DNA from: Geosiphon pyriformis uo1
Lineage: Eukaryota; Fungi; Glomeromycota
Reading direction: 5' to 3'
Length of the DNA: 64,000 nucleotides
Assembly: GCA_016748015.1 (NCBI GenBank)
Contig: JAAOMT010000011.1
Location: forward strand, 110,735-174,734
The translations under genes were made by a program, and so were the position numbers. The notes under the pieces are model-generated. The model had not been told where the DNA came from, ran no database searches, and was given only the letters and a program-made list of their open reading frames with translations. Every line of letters begins with the position of its first letter. Within the stretch, counting starts at the first letter, position 1. This document shows positions 63,301 to 64,000 of this stretch, piece after piece.

Positions 63301-63975
63301 TTTTCCATAGCCTGCACCAAGCTAGCTTCAGAGGTAAAGGAAGCACAGATGATCCCAGAAAATTTTGAGAGGGCAGAAGCTCCTCCAAAACTATTGACTC
63401 TTGAAAACAACCTTCTAACCACTATGAGCTTCTCCTAAGAGGATTTCTCAACCACTTTATCCAATCCAATATCCAGAGCAAAAGACTTTCTAACAGAAAC
63501 AGAAACCAAATTTTTCAAGGGAGGAGGAAGCTTTAAGGGGGCATCTAAGAGAACATTGTCATTAACATCAAGACTTGAAAAGTTTATTTTTCCTAATGAC
63601 TTGCCCAAAGTTGTTTTAGTTGTGATGCCTGGCCCTTTAGGTGTCTGATCATGCTCTTTATTAGTAATAGCGCCACTCTCACCATAGTCAAAGCTAGTTT
63701 TCTCCACTAAACACTTTTCTTCCATATCAATACTCTCAGACTCAGTAGTGTCACCAGTCTCAGAACCCCAAAAATGACCACTAGACACCTCAGCTAGAAC
63801 CCTTTTGCCACTGACACCCTCTTCTAAAGCAACACTTTTTTTTTTCTTTCTTGACAACACAGGTTTAAAACCACTATCAGAACCAGACTTTTCAGCAATC
63901 TTTTTCATGATGGCAATACTAGAGCCAATAATGGTCTCAAAATTAAAAAACAGTTTGGTTTTATCATACTGAATG
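57328..63975 (-). mobile_element. Near full-length decayed LINE copy 4 (ORF1 62118-63908; ORF2 57462-62121, EN-RT-RNase H)
   Basis: Domain motifs as in the other copies; poly-T 57328-57338; 5' UTR partly present. Confidence 0.95.
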
Positions 63976-64000
63976 ATAAAAAAAAAAAAAAAAAAAAAAA

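Noticed and set aside
63976-64000. Poly-A run as part of LINE copy 4
   Set aside because: It lies at that element's 5' side in the wrong orientation; cannot be resolved at the window edge

Overview
Eukaryotic, very AT-rich and transposon-dominated DNA. The intron-containing Sel1-repeat/TKL-kinase gene and the TE families point to a Glomeromycotina-type fungus (Geosiphon/AMF-like); this is an inference, not a database match. There is one host gene, a ~1332-aa four-exon Sel1-repeat plus kinase gene (13683-17902, -), sitting in a sea of nested retroelements. These are: four RNase H-bearing LINEs; several ORF1-only (HAL1-like) LINE derivatives sharing the LINE 3' tail; two full-length Ty3/Gypsy elements (B inside a solo LTR inside the 3' LTR of A); at least six solo LTRs with 4-bp TSDs; and a pogo/Tc1-type MITE. 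The two divergent Gypsy elements share an unusually retrovirus-like layout: a GUG-initiated pre-Gag extension ahead of an AUG-depleted leader, a Cys-rich domain and dUTPase between protease and RT, and a homologous third ORF in the env position. Repeats show graded C>T/G>A hypermutation (RIP-like) that spares the host gene.
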